64,000 nt of DNA from Candidatus Latescibacterota bacterium (GTDB lineage Bacteria; Latescibacterota; UBA2968; GCA-2709665): NCBI GenBank assembly GCA_965237675.1, contig OZ250150.1, positions 3,552,001 through 3,616,000 on the forward strand, in the 5' to 3' direction. Under the pieces are notes generated by a model. It was given only the letters and a program-made list of their open reading frames with translations, was not told the origin of the DNA and ran no database searches. The translations under genes were made by a program, and so were the position numbers. Each line of letters opens with the position of its first letter. Within the stretch, counting starts at the first letter, position 1. Shown here in pieces: positions 31,002-40,736 of this stretch.

Positions 31002-32015
31002 ATGGGCGTCTACGTCTTGAAAAGGTTGCTTCTCCTTGTCCCCATGCTGCTGGGGATTGTGGTCGTGGTGTTTCTGATGGTTCATTTCGTTCCGGGTGAC
31101 CCGGCGCAGGTGATGCTGGGTGAACGCGCCAGCGCGGAACAGGTGGCGGAACTGAGAAAGCAGCTGGGGTTGGATCAGGACCTGCACGTCCAGCTGGGCC
31201 TCTACCTGTGGGGTTTGTTGCAGGGCGACCTCGGCCGTTCCTTCAAGTCCCACACGAAAGTTTCGTCCGAGTTGCTGGCCCGGTTTCCCGCGACGCTTGA
31301 GCTCACAATGACGAGCATGATGCTCGCCTGCGGGATCGGAATTCTCGCCGGGGTGGTTTCGGCGTCCCGCAAAGGTACCGTGATGGATTACCTCGGCATG
31401 ACGGCATCCCTGGCGGGGCTCTCGATGCCGATTTTCTGGCTGGGCTTGATGGTAATTCTGCTGATGTCGGTGTTCCTGGGGCTATTTCCCGTCTCCGGGC
31501 GGCTCAGCACCCATCTGTTCATTCCAGAGGTTACCGGACTCTATCTGATTGACAGTGTGCTGGCGTGGGATTGGCACGCTTTTGGAGACGCCGCCTGGCA
31601 CCTCGTGTTGCCCACTCTTACCCTGGGTACCGTGCCGATGGCGGTAATTGCTCGGATGACGAGGTCCAGCCTTCTGGACGTACTCAAAGAGGACTATGTG
31701 CGTACGGCCTGGGCGAAGGGGCTGTCGGAGCGAGTCGTGGTCTTCCGGCACGCCTTGAAAAATGCGTTTATTCCCGTGCTGACGGTGATCAGTCTGCAAT
31801 TTGGATTCTTGCTCGGTGGAGCGGTAATTACGGAAACCATTTTCGCCTGGCCGGGCGTGGGTCGGTGGCTCCTGCTTGCGGTCTACTCGAGGGACTTTCG
31901 GGCTGTCCAGGGAGGGGTGCTGCTGGTTGCCCTGATGTTCTCGCTTATCAATCTCATTGCGGACGTCATGTACGCCTGGTTGGACCCGCGAATCAGACAT
32001 CAGAGCGAAACGTGA
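31002..32015 (+). CDS. dppB: Dipeptide ABC transporter permease
   Basis: VPGDPA, RFPATLEL, EDYVRTAWAKGL, TETIFAWPGVG and DPRI. Confidence 0.9.
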   Translation: MGVYVLKRLLLLVPMLLGIVVVVFLMVHFVPGDPAQVMLGERASAEQVAELRKQLGLDQDLHVQLGLYLWGLLQGDLGRSFKSHTKVSSELLARFPATLELTMTSMMLACGIGILAGVVSASRKGTVMDYLGMTASLAGLSMPIFWLGLMVILLMSVFLGLFPVSGRLSTHLFIPEVTGLYLIDSVLAWDWHAFGDAAWHLVLPTLTLGTVPMAVIARMTRSSLLDVLKEDYVRTAWAKGLSERVVVFRHALKNAFIPVLTVISLQFGFLLGGAVITETIFAWPGVGRWLLLAVYSRDFRAVQGGVLLVALMFSLINLIADVMYAWLDPRIRHQSET

Positions 32016-32914
32016 ACCCATCGCATCATCCAAATCCGGGACCAACCTTGGAAGCAGTGGGTTCACGGGTCCTGTCGGCTGGCGGTTGGGGCGGCCTGTT
32101 CTGGAAACGGCTCCTGAAGAACCGACTCGCGGCCGTCGGGGGTATCCTCCTGTCGGGATTCCTGTTGCTGGCCATCGCCGCGCCCCTGGTGGCGCCACAT
32201 GATCCTCTTGCACAGAACTTGTACGAACGCCTCCAACCCCCGTCGCTGGCGCATCCGTTCGGTACGGACGATTTTGGCAGGGATGTTCTGAGCCGAGTCG
32301 TCCATGGCGCGCGGATTTCGCTTCGCGTGGGTGTTGTCGCGGTCCTGATCGCGCTGGTGGCAGGCGTTCCGATCGGGCTGGTGTCGGGATACTGGGGAGG
32401 CGCGCTGGATCAGGCGTTAATGCGTGCGATGGATCTGATGCTCGCATTCCCCAGCATTCTACTGGCCATCGCCATTGTGTCGGTTCTGGGACCGGGGCTG
32501 GAAAATGCGATGCTGGCAGTTGGAATTGTTGCGGTACCTCAATATGCACGTCTGGTGCGCGCGTCTGCGCTGGTCGTGCGTGGACAGGATTATGTTCAGG
32601 CCGTGCGCGCGCTTGGCGCGGGGGATTTTCAGATCCTCTTTTTTTCTGTTCTCCCGAACTGCCTCACACCCCTGATCGTACAGTCTACGTTGGGTCTGGC
32701 TACTGCCATACTGGATGCGGCGGGGCTGAGCTTTCTGGGATTGGGGGCGCAGCCGCCGGTGTCCGAATGGGGTGCGATGCTGACCGGCGGGCGGGAACTG
32801 GTTCTGCGGGCGCCGTGGGTATTGACCTTTCCGGGTCTGGCGATTTTTCTGACCGTATTGGCGTTTAATCTGGTCGGCGATGGTCTTCGGGATGCTCTGG
32901 ATCCAAAAGCCTGA
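32012..32914 (+). CDS. dppC: Dipeptide ABC transporter permease
   Basis: HPFGTDDFGRD, LSFLGLG..P..EWG and GDGLRDALDP; GTG overlaps the dppB stop. Confidence 0.9.
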   Translation: MNPSHHPNPGPTLEAVGSRVLSAGGWGGLFWKRLLKNRLAAVGGILLSGFLLLAIAAPLVAPHDPLAQNLYERLQPPSLAHPFGTDDFGRDVLSRVVHGARISLRVGVVAVLIALVAGVPIGLVSGYWGGALDQALMRAMDLMLAFPSILLAIAIVSVLGPGLENAMLAVGIVAVPQYARLVRASALVVRGQDYVQAVRALGAGDFQILFFSVLPNCLTPLIVQSTLGLATAILDAAGLSFLGLGAQPPVSEWGAMLTGGRELVLRAPWVLTFPGLAIFLTVLAFNLVGDGLRDALDPKA

Positions 32915-33147
32915 TACGGCATGTTGCATATCCGGCAGACGGTAAGTCGCCAGGACCGGGACCTGCCGCTGTGCCCCGCGAAGGCCCGATCGCTGAATCA
33001 CGTTCCGGCGACGGACGCGTGAGACAACCCACGTCCAGGCGTAGCGTGCAGGACATAGAATAAGTATTTGTTATTTAAGGAATTTGTGCTTCATGAAGAT
33101 GGACGCGCGCTCACAGTATCCTGGAAGCCCGAGGCCTGAAAAAGCGT

Positions 33148-33176
33148 TTGACTTCTCCGTTCCGGTGGCGTATATT
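33148..33176 (+). promoter_or_regulatory. Sigma70-like promoter of the micro-ORF/structured RNA unit
   Basis: TTGACT(33148-33153)-17 bp-TATATT(33171-33176). Confidence 0.7.
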
Positions 33177-33204
33177 TTCGTTTACACAGAAAGGAGGTGG
33201 TCGA

Positions 33205-33240
33205 ATGAGCGAAATGACCAGTGGAGGTGGCTGTAGTTAG
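33205..33240 (+). other. Micro-ORF MSEMTSGGGCS (11 aa) with very strong Shine-Dalgarno
   Basis: AAGGAGGT at 33191-33198, ATG 33205, TAG 33238-33240. Confidence 0.45.
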
Positions 33241-33439
33241 GTGCGCTGCCGGGTGCGGGAGAACATCTCGTCTGGTAACGCGCCTGGCGAATCTAAACAG
33301 CCATCGAAAGACAGGCGATCCGTCGTTCCGACGGGCCCCGGCGATGTTGGCGGGGTACCGTGAGATGGAGGCCGTCTCGAGATTTGCGCCGTGATGAGAT
33401 GTGGCCGGACAACCGGCTCCCAAATCGCGGCGCATTTTT
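33241..33439 (+). ncRNA. Candidate unclassified multi-stem RNA with possible pseudoknot
   Basis: Nested stems 33242-49/33427-34, 33257-60/33418-21 and 33263-72/33393-402; hairpins 33281-86/33312-17, 33320-25/33329-34, 33336-40/33351-55, 33362-68/33372-78 and 33404-08/33413-17; ends in a T5 run. Confidence 0.55.
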
Positions 33440-33460
33440 CTGTCCTATAAGGGTTTGTAC

Positions 33461-33489
33461 TTGACAAAATCAAGCGAGCCCTATATCTT
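33461..33489 (+). promoter_or_regulatory. Sigma70-like promoter of the rplM operon
   Basis: TTGACA(33461-33466)-17 bp-TATCTT(33484-33489). Confidence 0.65.
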
Positions 33490-33570
33490 TTGGGGCTAAA
33501 TATTGCGTGGAATTGTCGTAGAGAGGAGGTGAGTTCGAACGCGGCGTCTAAGGGGACGCCGTTCGGATTT

Positions 33571-34005
33571 ATGAATACGCCAAGCGCTAAAGCGTGCGAC
33601 GTTGATCGCAGATGGTTTCTGGCTGATGCCGAGGGTAAGGTGTTGGGTCGCTTCGCAAGTGAGGTCGCTCGGATTCTGATGGGAAAACACAAACCATTTT
33701 ATACGCCGCACTTGGATACCGGCGATCATGTCGTTGTGGTAAACACCGAAAAGCTCGTTGTCAAAGGCGCCAATAAACCGGAACAGAAGGTTTATATGCG
33801 TTTTAGCGGATATCCAGGTGGCCTGAAAACCAAGACCCTCAGGCGGGCGCTCGAGACACAGCCCACGTTTGTGCTGGAGCATGCCATACGAGGGATGTTG
33901 CCGCGCACGAAACTGGGGCGTCGGATGATGAAGAAGGTCCGGATTTACGCGGGTCCCAACCATCCACACGAGAGTCAGTTGCCCGAAGCGATTGACTTTA
34001 CTTGA
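33571..34005 (+). CDS. rplM: 50S ribosomal protein L13
   Basis: WFLADAEGKVLGR, GKHKPFYTPHLDTGDHVVVVN, SGYPGGLK and RGMLP. Confidence 0.97.
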   Translation: MNTPSAKACDVDRRWFLADAEGKVLGRFASEVARILMGKHKPFYTPHLDTGDHVVVVNTEKLVVKGANKPEQKVYMRFSGYPGGLKTKTLRRALETQPTFVLEHAIRGMLPRTKLGRRMMKKVRIYAGPNHPHESQLPEAIDFT

Positions 34006-34060
34006 AATCCGCCAGATCCAACCATTGTTGGATAATTGTTGACCGAGAGGAGGTGGGGTC

Positions 34061-34453
34061 TTGGCAGAGATCCTTGCTTCTGCAAAAGGCCGGCGCAAGT
34101 CGGCAACGGCAAACGTAAAGCTCGTTCCGGGATCCGGAGAGATTATAATCAATGGGCGGCCGATTCTTGATTATTTGAAGCGCGAGACGCTCGTGATGAT
34201 CGTGGAACAGCCGTTGGCGGTTACGGAGACGATTGGCCAGTACAATATCGTCGCCAGCGCCAAGGGGGGTGGTCTCAGCGGCCAGGCCGGCGCCGTGCGG
34301 CTGGGTATCGCGCGTAGCCTGCTTGCCCTGAACGAAGACCTCAGGAAACCGCTGCGCCAGGCCGGGCTGTTGACTCGCGACGCACGCGAGGTGGAACGAA
34401 AAAAGCCAGGGCGCCCCGGGGCACGCAAACGGTTCCAGTTTTCAAAACGATAG
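34061..34453 (+). CDS. rpsI: 30S ribosomal protein S9
   Basis: [29 protein letters not shown] and QFSKR; TTG start after GGAGG. Confidence 0.97.
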   Translation: MAEILASAKGRRKSATANVKLVPGSGEIIINGRPILDYLKRETLVMIVEQPLAVTETIGQYNIVASAKGGGLSGQAGAVRLGIARSLLALNEDLRKPLRQAGLLTRDAREVERKKPGRPGARKRFQFSKR

Positions 34454-34503
34454 TCGGTCGTTTTTTTGCATCGGCGTGTTGCGCAACTGGCGACGCGCCT
34501 ATT

Positions 34504-34582
34504 TCACATGTGCCCCGACCGCAGGCCGGGTGTCGGTTTCCGACTGGTTTGCGGGATGACGGTCACAGAGGATCAACCCGGA
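34504..34582 (+). promoter_or_regulatory. rpsB leader (S2 autoregulatory, t44-like)
   Basis: Directly 5' of rpsB; TCACA start; CCGGGT(34526-31) complementary to ACCCGG(34576-81), preceded by GAGG, as in S2-leader pseudoknots. Confidence 0.55.
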
Positions 34583-34598
34583 GTATCAGGAGGATTGT

Positions 34599-35363
34599 AT
34601 GGCTGTCGTTGAGATGAAAGCGTTGCTGGAGGCCGGGGTCCACTTCGGGCATCAGACCCGCCGTTGGAATCCCAAGATGAGGAAGTTCATCTTTATCGAA
34701 CGCAACGGAATTTACATTATTGATCTGCAAAAAACACTGAGACAGATCGAAGAAGCCTATCGGGTTATCAGCGAGGCTGTCGAACGAGGTGATTCGGTAC
34801 TCTTCGTGGGAACAAAGAAGCAGGCTAAAGACGTGATTCTCCAAGAAGCGAAGCGCTGTGAGATGTTTCATGTCACCGAGCGTTGGCTTGGCGGGATGTT
34901 GACCAATTACCAGACCATTCGTCAGAGCATTCGGCGCCTGGAAACGCTCGACAAGATGAGCGCGGACGGCACCTACGAGAAGTTGACAAAAAAAGAGGTG
35001 CTGCGGCTGGAGCGCGAGCGCGAGAAGCTGGAGAGATCCTTGAGCGGTATCCGGGATATGGGCCGCTTGCCCGGGTTGGTTTTTGTGGTTGATATCAAGA
35101 AAGAAAAGATCGCCGTTCACGAAGCGAGGCGTCTCAACATACCCGTGGTAGCCATCGTCGACACCAACTGCAATCCGGACGACGTCGACTACCCGATTCC
35201 GGGCAACGACGACGCTATCCGGTCAATTGGACTCATCACCCGCCTGGTCGCCGATGCGGCGCTGGTGGGTGAGAAGATTCGACGCGAGGGCCCCGATCGG
35301 GCGGGTGAAGAACCCCAGTTGCTGGGCCCGGAAATTACTGAGATTACGGAAGTCAACGAATAA
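34599..35363 (+). CDS. rpsB: 30S ribosomal protein S2
   Basis: [33 protein letters not shown] and [10 protein letters not shown]. Confidence 0.98.
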   Translation: MAVVEMKALLEAGVHFGHQTRRWNPKMRKFIFIERNGIYIIDLQKTLRQIEEAYRVISEAVERGDSVLFVGTKKQAKDVILQEAKRCEMFHVTERWLGGMLTNYQTIRQSIRRLETLDKMSADGTYEKLTKKEVLRLEREREKLERSLSGIRDMGRLPGLVFVVDIKKEKIAVHEARRLNIPVVAIVDTNCNPDDVDYPIPGNDDAIRSIGLITRLVADAALVGEKIRREGPDRAGEEPQLLGPEITEITEVNE

Positions 35364-35408
35364 CAGCCAGGATAGAAGGGAGAGGCGTTACGCCTGCGGG
35401 AAGAACAA

Positions 35409-36008
35409 ATGGCTATTTCTGCGAAGATGGTTCAGGAACTACGGGCTAAGACCAACGTGGGGATGATGGATTGCAAACGAGCCCTCGTTGAGAGTGACGG
35501 GGATATGGAGAAAGCCATTGAGCTTCTGCGGACCCGTGGCATTGCCAAGGCGGAAGACCGCGCGCACCGGGCGGCGAAAGAAGGGCTGATCACGTCGTAC
35601 ATCCACACAGGCAGCAAGCTGGGGGTGCTGCTGGAAGTCAACAGCGAGACCGATTTTGTTGCGCGAACGGACCAGTTCCAGGCTTTTGCCCGGGATCTCG
35701 CAATGCACATCGCGGCCAGCGCCCCCATCGCCGTTGGCCGCGATGAACTGGATGAGTCAAACGTCGAGCGCGAACGCAGGATCTTCAGGCAGCAGGCGCT
35801 GGATGACGGCAAACCCGAGCGGGTTGTCGACCGGATTGTAGAGGGGCGTTTGGAGAAGTACTTTCAGGAGGTCTGCCTCATGGAACAGCCCTTTGTAAAG
35901 GATCCGGACAAGACGGTCAGAGACCTGCTGATGGAACTGATCGCCCAGTGCGGTGAGAATGTGACCATCCGGCGGTTTGTGCGGTTTGTTCTCGGTGAGG
36001 ACAGCTAG
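35409..36008 (+). CDS. tsf: Elongation factor Ts (short 199-aa form)
   Basis: GMMDCKRAL, EVNSETDFVA and AMHIAA motifs. Confidence 0.97.
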   Translation: MAISAKMVQELRAKTNVGMMDCKRALVESDGDMEKAIELLRTRGIAKAEDRAHRAAKEGLITSYIHTGSKLGVLLEVNSETDFVARTDQFQAFARDLAMHIAASAPIAVGRDELDESNVERERRIFRQQALDDGKPERVVDRIVEGRLEKYFQEVCLMEQPFVKDPDKTVRDLLMELIAQCGENVTIRRFVRFVLGEDS

Positions 36009-36127
36009 GGGCGTCCGGCACCGGCAGAGCCAATCAGGCCGGTGAGCCCGTTCGTCGGGCAACGGGAATAGAGGTTCGGAATCTCTCTATCACTGGAGAC
36101 CGATTTCTTCACGGGGGGACGCAGCTG

Positions 36128-36685
36128 ATGGTTGACGAGATTCTTTCAGAGACCAGGCAGACAATGGCAAGAACCGTGGAAGCATTTCAACACGAAATCG
36201 CCACCGTTCGGACTGGTCGGGCAAACATGGCGTTGCTGGAAAATATTCGCGCTGAATACTACGGCTCCAAAGTGCCGCTCAACCAGGTGGCCACTATAGG
36301 CATCCCGGAGCCGCGGCTGATTGTTCTTCAGCCGTGGGACAAGAGTGCAATCCCCGCAATTGAAAAGGCCATACAGACGTCGAATTTGGGTCTGACGCCG
36401 TCCAACGATGGAACGGTTATTCGTTTGCCGATTCCACACCTGACGGAAGAGCGCCGTGCGGAACTCGTACGCGTGGTTCGCCAGATGGCGGAAGAGTGCA
36501 AGGTTTCCGTGCGCAATGCCCGGCGGGACGCCAACGAGATGTTCAGAGATGGTCAGAAGGAAGGCGAGATTCCCGAGGACGATTCCAGGAAGGGACAGGA
36601 ACAGGCGCAAAAGCTGACGGACGATTTCGTAGCCGAGATTGACAAGCTGCTGGCGCGAAAGGAAGAGGAAATTATGGAGGTCTGA
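36128..36685 (+). CDS. frr: Ribosome recycling factor
   Basis: RTGRAN, LGLTPSNDG, LTEERR, VRNARRDAN and KEEEIMEV. Confidence 0.97.
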   Translation: MVDEILSETRQTMARTVEAFQHEIATVRTGRANMALLENIRAEYYGSKVPLNQVATIGIPEPRLIVLQPWDKSAIPAIEKAIQTSNLGLTPSNDGTVIRLPIPHLTEERRAELVRVVRQMAEECKVSVRNARRDANEMFRDGQKEGEIPEDDSRKGQEQAQKLTDDFVAEIDKLLARKEEEIMEV

Positions 36686-36708
36686 TTTCTCTTGAAACTC
36701 CTCCATAA

Positions 36709-36748
36709 ATCGCTGCTTTCAGGTCTTCTGGAGGTAGCGGTTTTTTTT
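36709..36748 (+). terminator. Intrinsic terminator after frr
   Basis: Stem ATCGCTGCTTTCAG / CTGGAGGTAGCGGT followed by a T run. Confidence 0.8.
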
Positions 36749-36978
36749 ATGTTTGACGATATGGGTTTGTTTCGCAATTTGAATGCGTCCGGATAGGGCG
36801 CGGTTTGGTTCAACAAGAATACGGTCGCGTCAGTACGTCTGAGGAGACATTTCCCGATTGGGAAACCCATTGCCCCGTGACGCTGCGTGCCGCGATGCCG
36901 GCGCACGAAGATGCCCCTTCATTCGGACCCGGCACCTGCCGCTGAGATCCCTCCGCATTGGCCCGTTCGCAATCTGAT

Positions 36979-37689
36979 ATGCTAACGTTCATCGTTATTG
37001 CGATTCTATTTGTGGCATCCCTGGTCCATTCGACGCTCGGGTTCGGAACGGCCCTGGTGGCGATGCCGATGCTTGTGACGGTACTCGATGTCAAAGCGGC
37101 GACGCCTCTGGTCGGCCTGACGATGCTGACGACAATCGCCCTGCTTCTGGTTCGATCCTGGCGGGACCTGGACGTAAGGGCTGCGCTACATTTGCTCGCC
37201 GCTTCGGTTTTTGGAATTCCTCTCGGTCTGCTGATTCTTCGATTCGCACCCCAGGATGCCTTCAAGGCTGGGCTCGGAATGCTCCTCATCGCTGTCGGTC
37301 TATACAACCTGAGGACATCTGTCCTGCCGAGGCTTGAACGTATCGGATGGGCGCACGCGTTCGGCTTCATGTCCGGCGTACTCGGCGGCGCATATAACGT
37401 CAACGCGGCGCCGGTGGCCGTTTACGGGATCTTGCGGCGGTGGCCGCCCGAACACTTCAGGGCGACGTTACAAGGGTACTTTTTTCCCTCGACCTTGCTC
37501 ATTGTGGCGAGCCACGGATTGGCTGGGCTGTGGACGGGGGACGTATTCGGATTCTACCTGCCGGCCGTGCCCGCCATCATGCTTGCAGTTGTTCTGGGCC
37601 AAATCATCGGCGCGCGCATCCCTTCGGCCCGATTTCAGCCCGTTCTCTACGTGGCGCTGCTGGCATTCGGGGTTCTCATGCTCGTATAA
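36979..37689 (+). CDS. TauE/SafE-family permease (sulfite exporter-like)
   Basis: HSTLGFGTALV and GFMSGVLGGAY repeats, about 8 TM helices. Confidence 0.85.
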   Translation: MLTFIVIAILFVASLVHSTLGFGTALVAMPMLVTVLDVKAATPLVGLTMLTTIALLLVRSWRDLDVRAALHLLAASVFGIPLGLLILRFAPQDAFKAGLGMLLIAVGLYNLRTSVLPRLERIGWAHAFGFMSGVLGGAYNVNAAPVAVYGILRRWPPEHFRATLQGYFFPSTLLIVASHGLAGLWTGDVFGFYLPAVPAIMLAVVLGQIIGARIPSARFQPVLYVALLAFGVLMLV

Positions 37690-37779
37690 CGCCCGGGGAC
37701 CGACGTTACGTGACCGCCAGCCAAACCGATGTGCTCTGCAATCGTTTCCGCGCGTTTCCCATCCAGAAAGGAGACAGAA

Positions 37780-38142
37780 ATGAACGCCACAGAACCCATG
37801 GTTATCCACTACGTTAAGGAGATGGACAGGGCGCTTCGATTCTATCGCGATGTCATCGGCCTGGCTGTCGTGGACGAGTCTCCCTACTGGAGTACGTTAC
37901 GCTGTGGCGGATGCATCGTTGCCCTCCATATCCTCTCTCCCGGGATGACCGAGGGCGCCGCTCCCCACGCGGGGCTGAATCTGCATACCGACGATCTGGA
38001 TGCGGCCGTCGAGGAAGTGGCGGCCGGCGGAGGCGAGATCCGGTTCCTCCGGGAAGCCGGCGGGGGCATTCCGGTGCGAATCGCCGCAATCACCGATACT
38101 GAGGGCAATGCCCTGGAACTGCGCCAGTACGTCGGCGACTGA
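37780..38142 (+). CDS. VOC/glyoxalase-family protein
   Basis: RALRFYRDVIGL and DTEGNALEL; AGGAG RBS. Confidence 0.85.
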   Translation: MNATEPMVIHYVKEMDRALRFYRDVIGLAVVDESPYWSTLRCGGCIVALHILSPGMTEGAAPHAGLNLHTDDLDAAVEEVAAGGGEIRFLREAGGGIPVRIAAITDTEGNALELRQYVGD

Positions 38143-38315
38143 GCCGGAATGTCGATTGAGAAAGACCAGCCCGAATTCGGTAGCAAGACGCCAGTGATCG
38201 CCGCCGGCAGCTGTTGTCGTCCGCGATCTCGAATTCGCAGGGCACCCGAAACGGACGGTTTCGACACGTCCGTCGGTGCTGATTCCGTGGTTAATCACCA
38301 TTAGGAGGTTTCATC

Positions 38316-38843
38316 GTGAAGAACTGTGTACTCGCCGTCGTTTTGTCTGCCGTTGTCCTGTTCGCCTGGGGGTTTGTCTCGTGGACGATACTGCCGTGGC
38401 ATAATATGGTTGCGAACAAATTCGAAGACGAATCCGCTGTTTCAGTGGTCCTCAAGGAAAACGCGACGACTGCCGGGATCTACTATCTACCATTTGCCCA
38501 GGAAGACCTCAAGCCAGGAGCAGTATTCGCCCTCGCGAACGTATTGCCCGACGGCGGCGATACGAACATGGGCAGTATGATGGGCGTCGGCCTTTTGGGT
38601 CAAGCGGTCTCCGCCCTGCTCGTTCTTCTTCTGCTGGGCAACACGTCGAACCTCGGTTACTGGGAACGGGTTCGCTTCGTGGCGCTTGCAGGTGTGGCCA
38701 TCGGCTTTGTGAGCCACTTCCCCTACTGGAACTGGTTTGGCTTCTCGACGTCGTATACGCTTGTAATCATCCTTGACTCGTTGGTCGCCTGGCTACTGGC
38801 GGGGCTTGTAATGGCTAAATACGTGGAAGGAAAAACAGGGTAG
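38316..38843 (+). CDS. Hypothetical membrane protein
   Basis: AGGAGG RBS, GTG start, four hydrophobic segments, YWNWFGF motif. Confidence 0.75.
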   Translation: MKNCVLAVVLSAVVLFAWGFVSWTILPWHNMVANKFEDESAVSVVLKENATTAGIYYLPFAQEDLKPGAVFALANVLPDGGDTNMGSMMGVGLLGQAVSALLVLLLLGNTSNLGYWERVRFVALAGVAIGFVSHFPYWNWFGFSTSYTLVIILDSLVAWLLAGLVMAKYVEGKTG

Positions 38844-39045
38844 GAAACGCCACAATACTGTGAGGAAACCTGGTAAGCGAAGCCTTCTGCCCGGGAGATA
38901 CGACAATACCCGTCATCCGGAAGATGGTCGCCGCCCCGAATCATCCGATGTCCATTCGACGCAAATGGGGTGGATAGGACGAAGAACCCGGGGCGTCGAC
39001 GTCCGCGCCTCGAGCCGCCGTTTCCGATACCTGCTCCTTCAAGAG

Positions 39046-39084
39046 AAAGACCGCGGGTTGTTTCGCCTCGCGGTCTTTTCTTTT
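39046..39084 (+). terminator. Intrinsic terminator
   Basis: AAAGACCGCGGG / CTCGCGGTCTTT stem followed by a T-rich tail. Confidence 0.7.
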
Positions 39085-39567
39085 AAGGGCGTCGAATTAC
39101 GGGTTGGAGTAACCAGGATGGCAGCCTGAGTCGACGGGAAACATTCGCTGTCGTTCTCAATAAGTGACAATATTTCAGAGACTTCTGTGCACGATGGCAT
39201 CTATGCGTCGGGCGCACCGACCGAACCTCCGGTCCCTGGTTGCTTTTCTTCAGTCTCTCCAGAACCCGCAGTAGCCTCTTCCTGACTCAGCGATTGCCCG
39301 GATCGATCTCGAGCGCCTTTTCGAAAGCCTCTCGCGCGGCGCCCCTTTCGTTCCTGTCCACATATGCGATACCCATCCATATGTAGGTATCACTATGACC
39401 CCAGACTGGATGGATGGGATCGGTCGGTTTGTCGCGGGCGAAGGGCTCTGCGGCGGGCTGGATTTGTCCGGGGATGCGCCCGTGCGCCCGTCCTGCCCGC
39501 GTTCAGCCCCTTGATTAATCGCCAAAAGGACCTTATTTTCCAGTACTCAGGGCGTGTATCCTGCACG

Positions 39568-39718
39568 CTGAGCCGCTCCCTGAGCCTTGTCCTGAGCTTG
39601 TTGAAGGGTGTCGAAGAGTCGGCGAAGGAGGTCCCTGAGCCGCTCCCATGAGCCTGTCGAAGGGTAGCGAAACACGTGCATTTCGACAAGCTCAATGACC
39701 ACGCTTCGACAGGCCCAG
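39568..39718. repeat. Cluster of nested REP-like units (CTGAGCYTGTCGAAG and reverse complement)
   Basis: Several CTGAGC..GTCGAAG units on + and TTCGACARGCYCA units in opposite orientation. Confidence 0.75.
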
Positions 39719-39759
39719 TTTCCGCAAGGTAAAGGTATTGATGCCGATTGAGGGACCGA

Positions 39760-40665
39760 ATGGCTTCGCAGCAATCCGGACTGTCTTCGCAAGCGCACAG
39801 GACGAGCAGAACGGCGAATCTGGCGGCTTGCGTACGCGCGTATCATTGTCGCTGGCACGAGTCGCCGATCTTCGCCGATACCTATGCAATTGACATGATA
39901 TCGAATTTCTGGCGTGTGATTGCCAGGAACAGAATGTTCAGCTGGATCGTCGTTCACACGGTGTTCCGGACATTCCGTCCCATACATACGGAAATTATCC
40001 TGCGGGCACGGTACGCCGAAGACCGTCTTATGGAAGCCTTGCGGGCGGGCGTTGGGCAGTATGTCATCCTCGGCGCCGGTCTCGATACGTATTCCATGCG
40101 TCAGAATGCGCTTTCGGACAGGTTGCGGATATTTGAGTTGGATCATCCGGCAACCCAGGAAATGAAGCGTGAAAAGGTGCTGAAAGTCAATGGCGAGATT
40201 CCACCCAATCTGGTGTTCGTTCCAATCGACTTTGAATCCGATAACCTCGACGTCGCGCTCGCCCAGGCCGGTTTCGATCCTCTGGCGCCGTCGTTTTTTT
40301 CGTGGCTGGGAACGACCTACTATCTCACGAAAGACGCGATACACGAGACTCTTGGTCGTGTCGCGAGCGTCGCAGCCCTTGGCAGCCGTATTGTTTTCGA
40401 CTATAAGCTTGCCGGGCATCTCATTCCAGCGGAGAGCCTGCAATTCGCCGACAAGCTGGATCGCTTCGTGGCTCGCCGGGGAGAGCCGATGATATCCACG
40501 TTCACGCCGGAGGAGTTGAAAGACGTGATGTCCGGATTCGGCTTTGCCGAAATGGAGAATATCCCCGCCGCCGCACAAAAACGCCTTTACCTGAACGAGA
40601 GATCCGGCCTGGTCGATCCGGCGCCGAATTTTTCCTTCGCGTTGTATGACGTGACTCGGCCTTAA
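39760..40665 (+). CDS. Class I SAM-dependent methyltransferase (leucine-carboxyl-MT-like family)
   Basis: RARYAED, QYVILGAGLDT, FELDHPATQ, VPIDF and WLGTTYYL. Confidence 0.88.
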   Translation: MASQQSGLSSQAHRTSRTANLAACVRAYHCRWHESPIFADTYAIDMISNFWRVIARNRMFSWIVVHTVFRTFRPIHTEIILRARYAEDRLMEALRAGVGQYVILGAGLDTYSMRQNALSDRLRIFELDHPATQEMKREKVLKVNGEIPPNLVFVPIDFESDNLDVALAQAGFDPLAPSFFSWLGTTYYLTKDAIHETLGRVASVAALGSRIVFDYKLAGHLIPAESLQFADKLDRFVARRGEPMISTFTPEELKDVMSGFGFAEMENIPAAAQKRLYLNERSGLVDPAPNFSFALYDVTRP

Positions 40666-40736
40666 GGCGTCACGACGCGAGGGTGACAAGCCGTGCCGGA
40701 AACGATTTGAGGACCTGAAATCGAAGAGGTCAACCA

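Noticed and set aside
33191-33204. AAGGAGGTGGTC as an antisense 16S rRNA 3'-end fragment
   Set aside because: Similarity is limited to the anti-SD complement, so it is better explained as a strong RBS.
39568-39718. Possible CRISPR array
   Set aside because: Units are nested and inverted, with no regular unique spacers and no cas operon.
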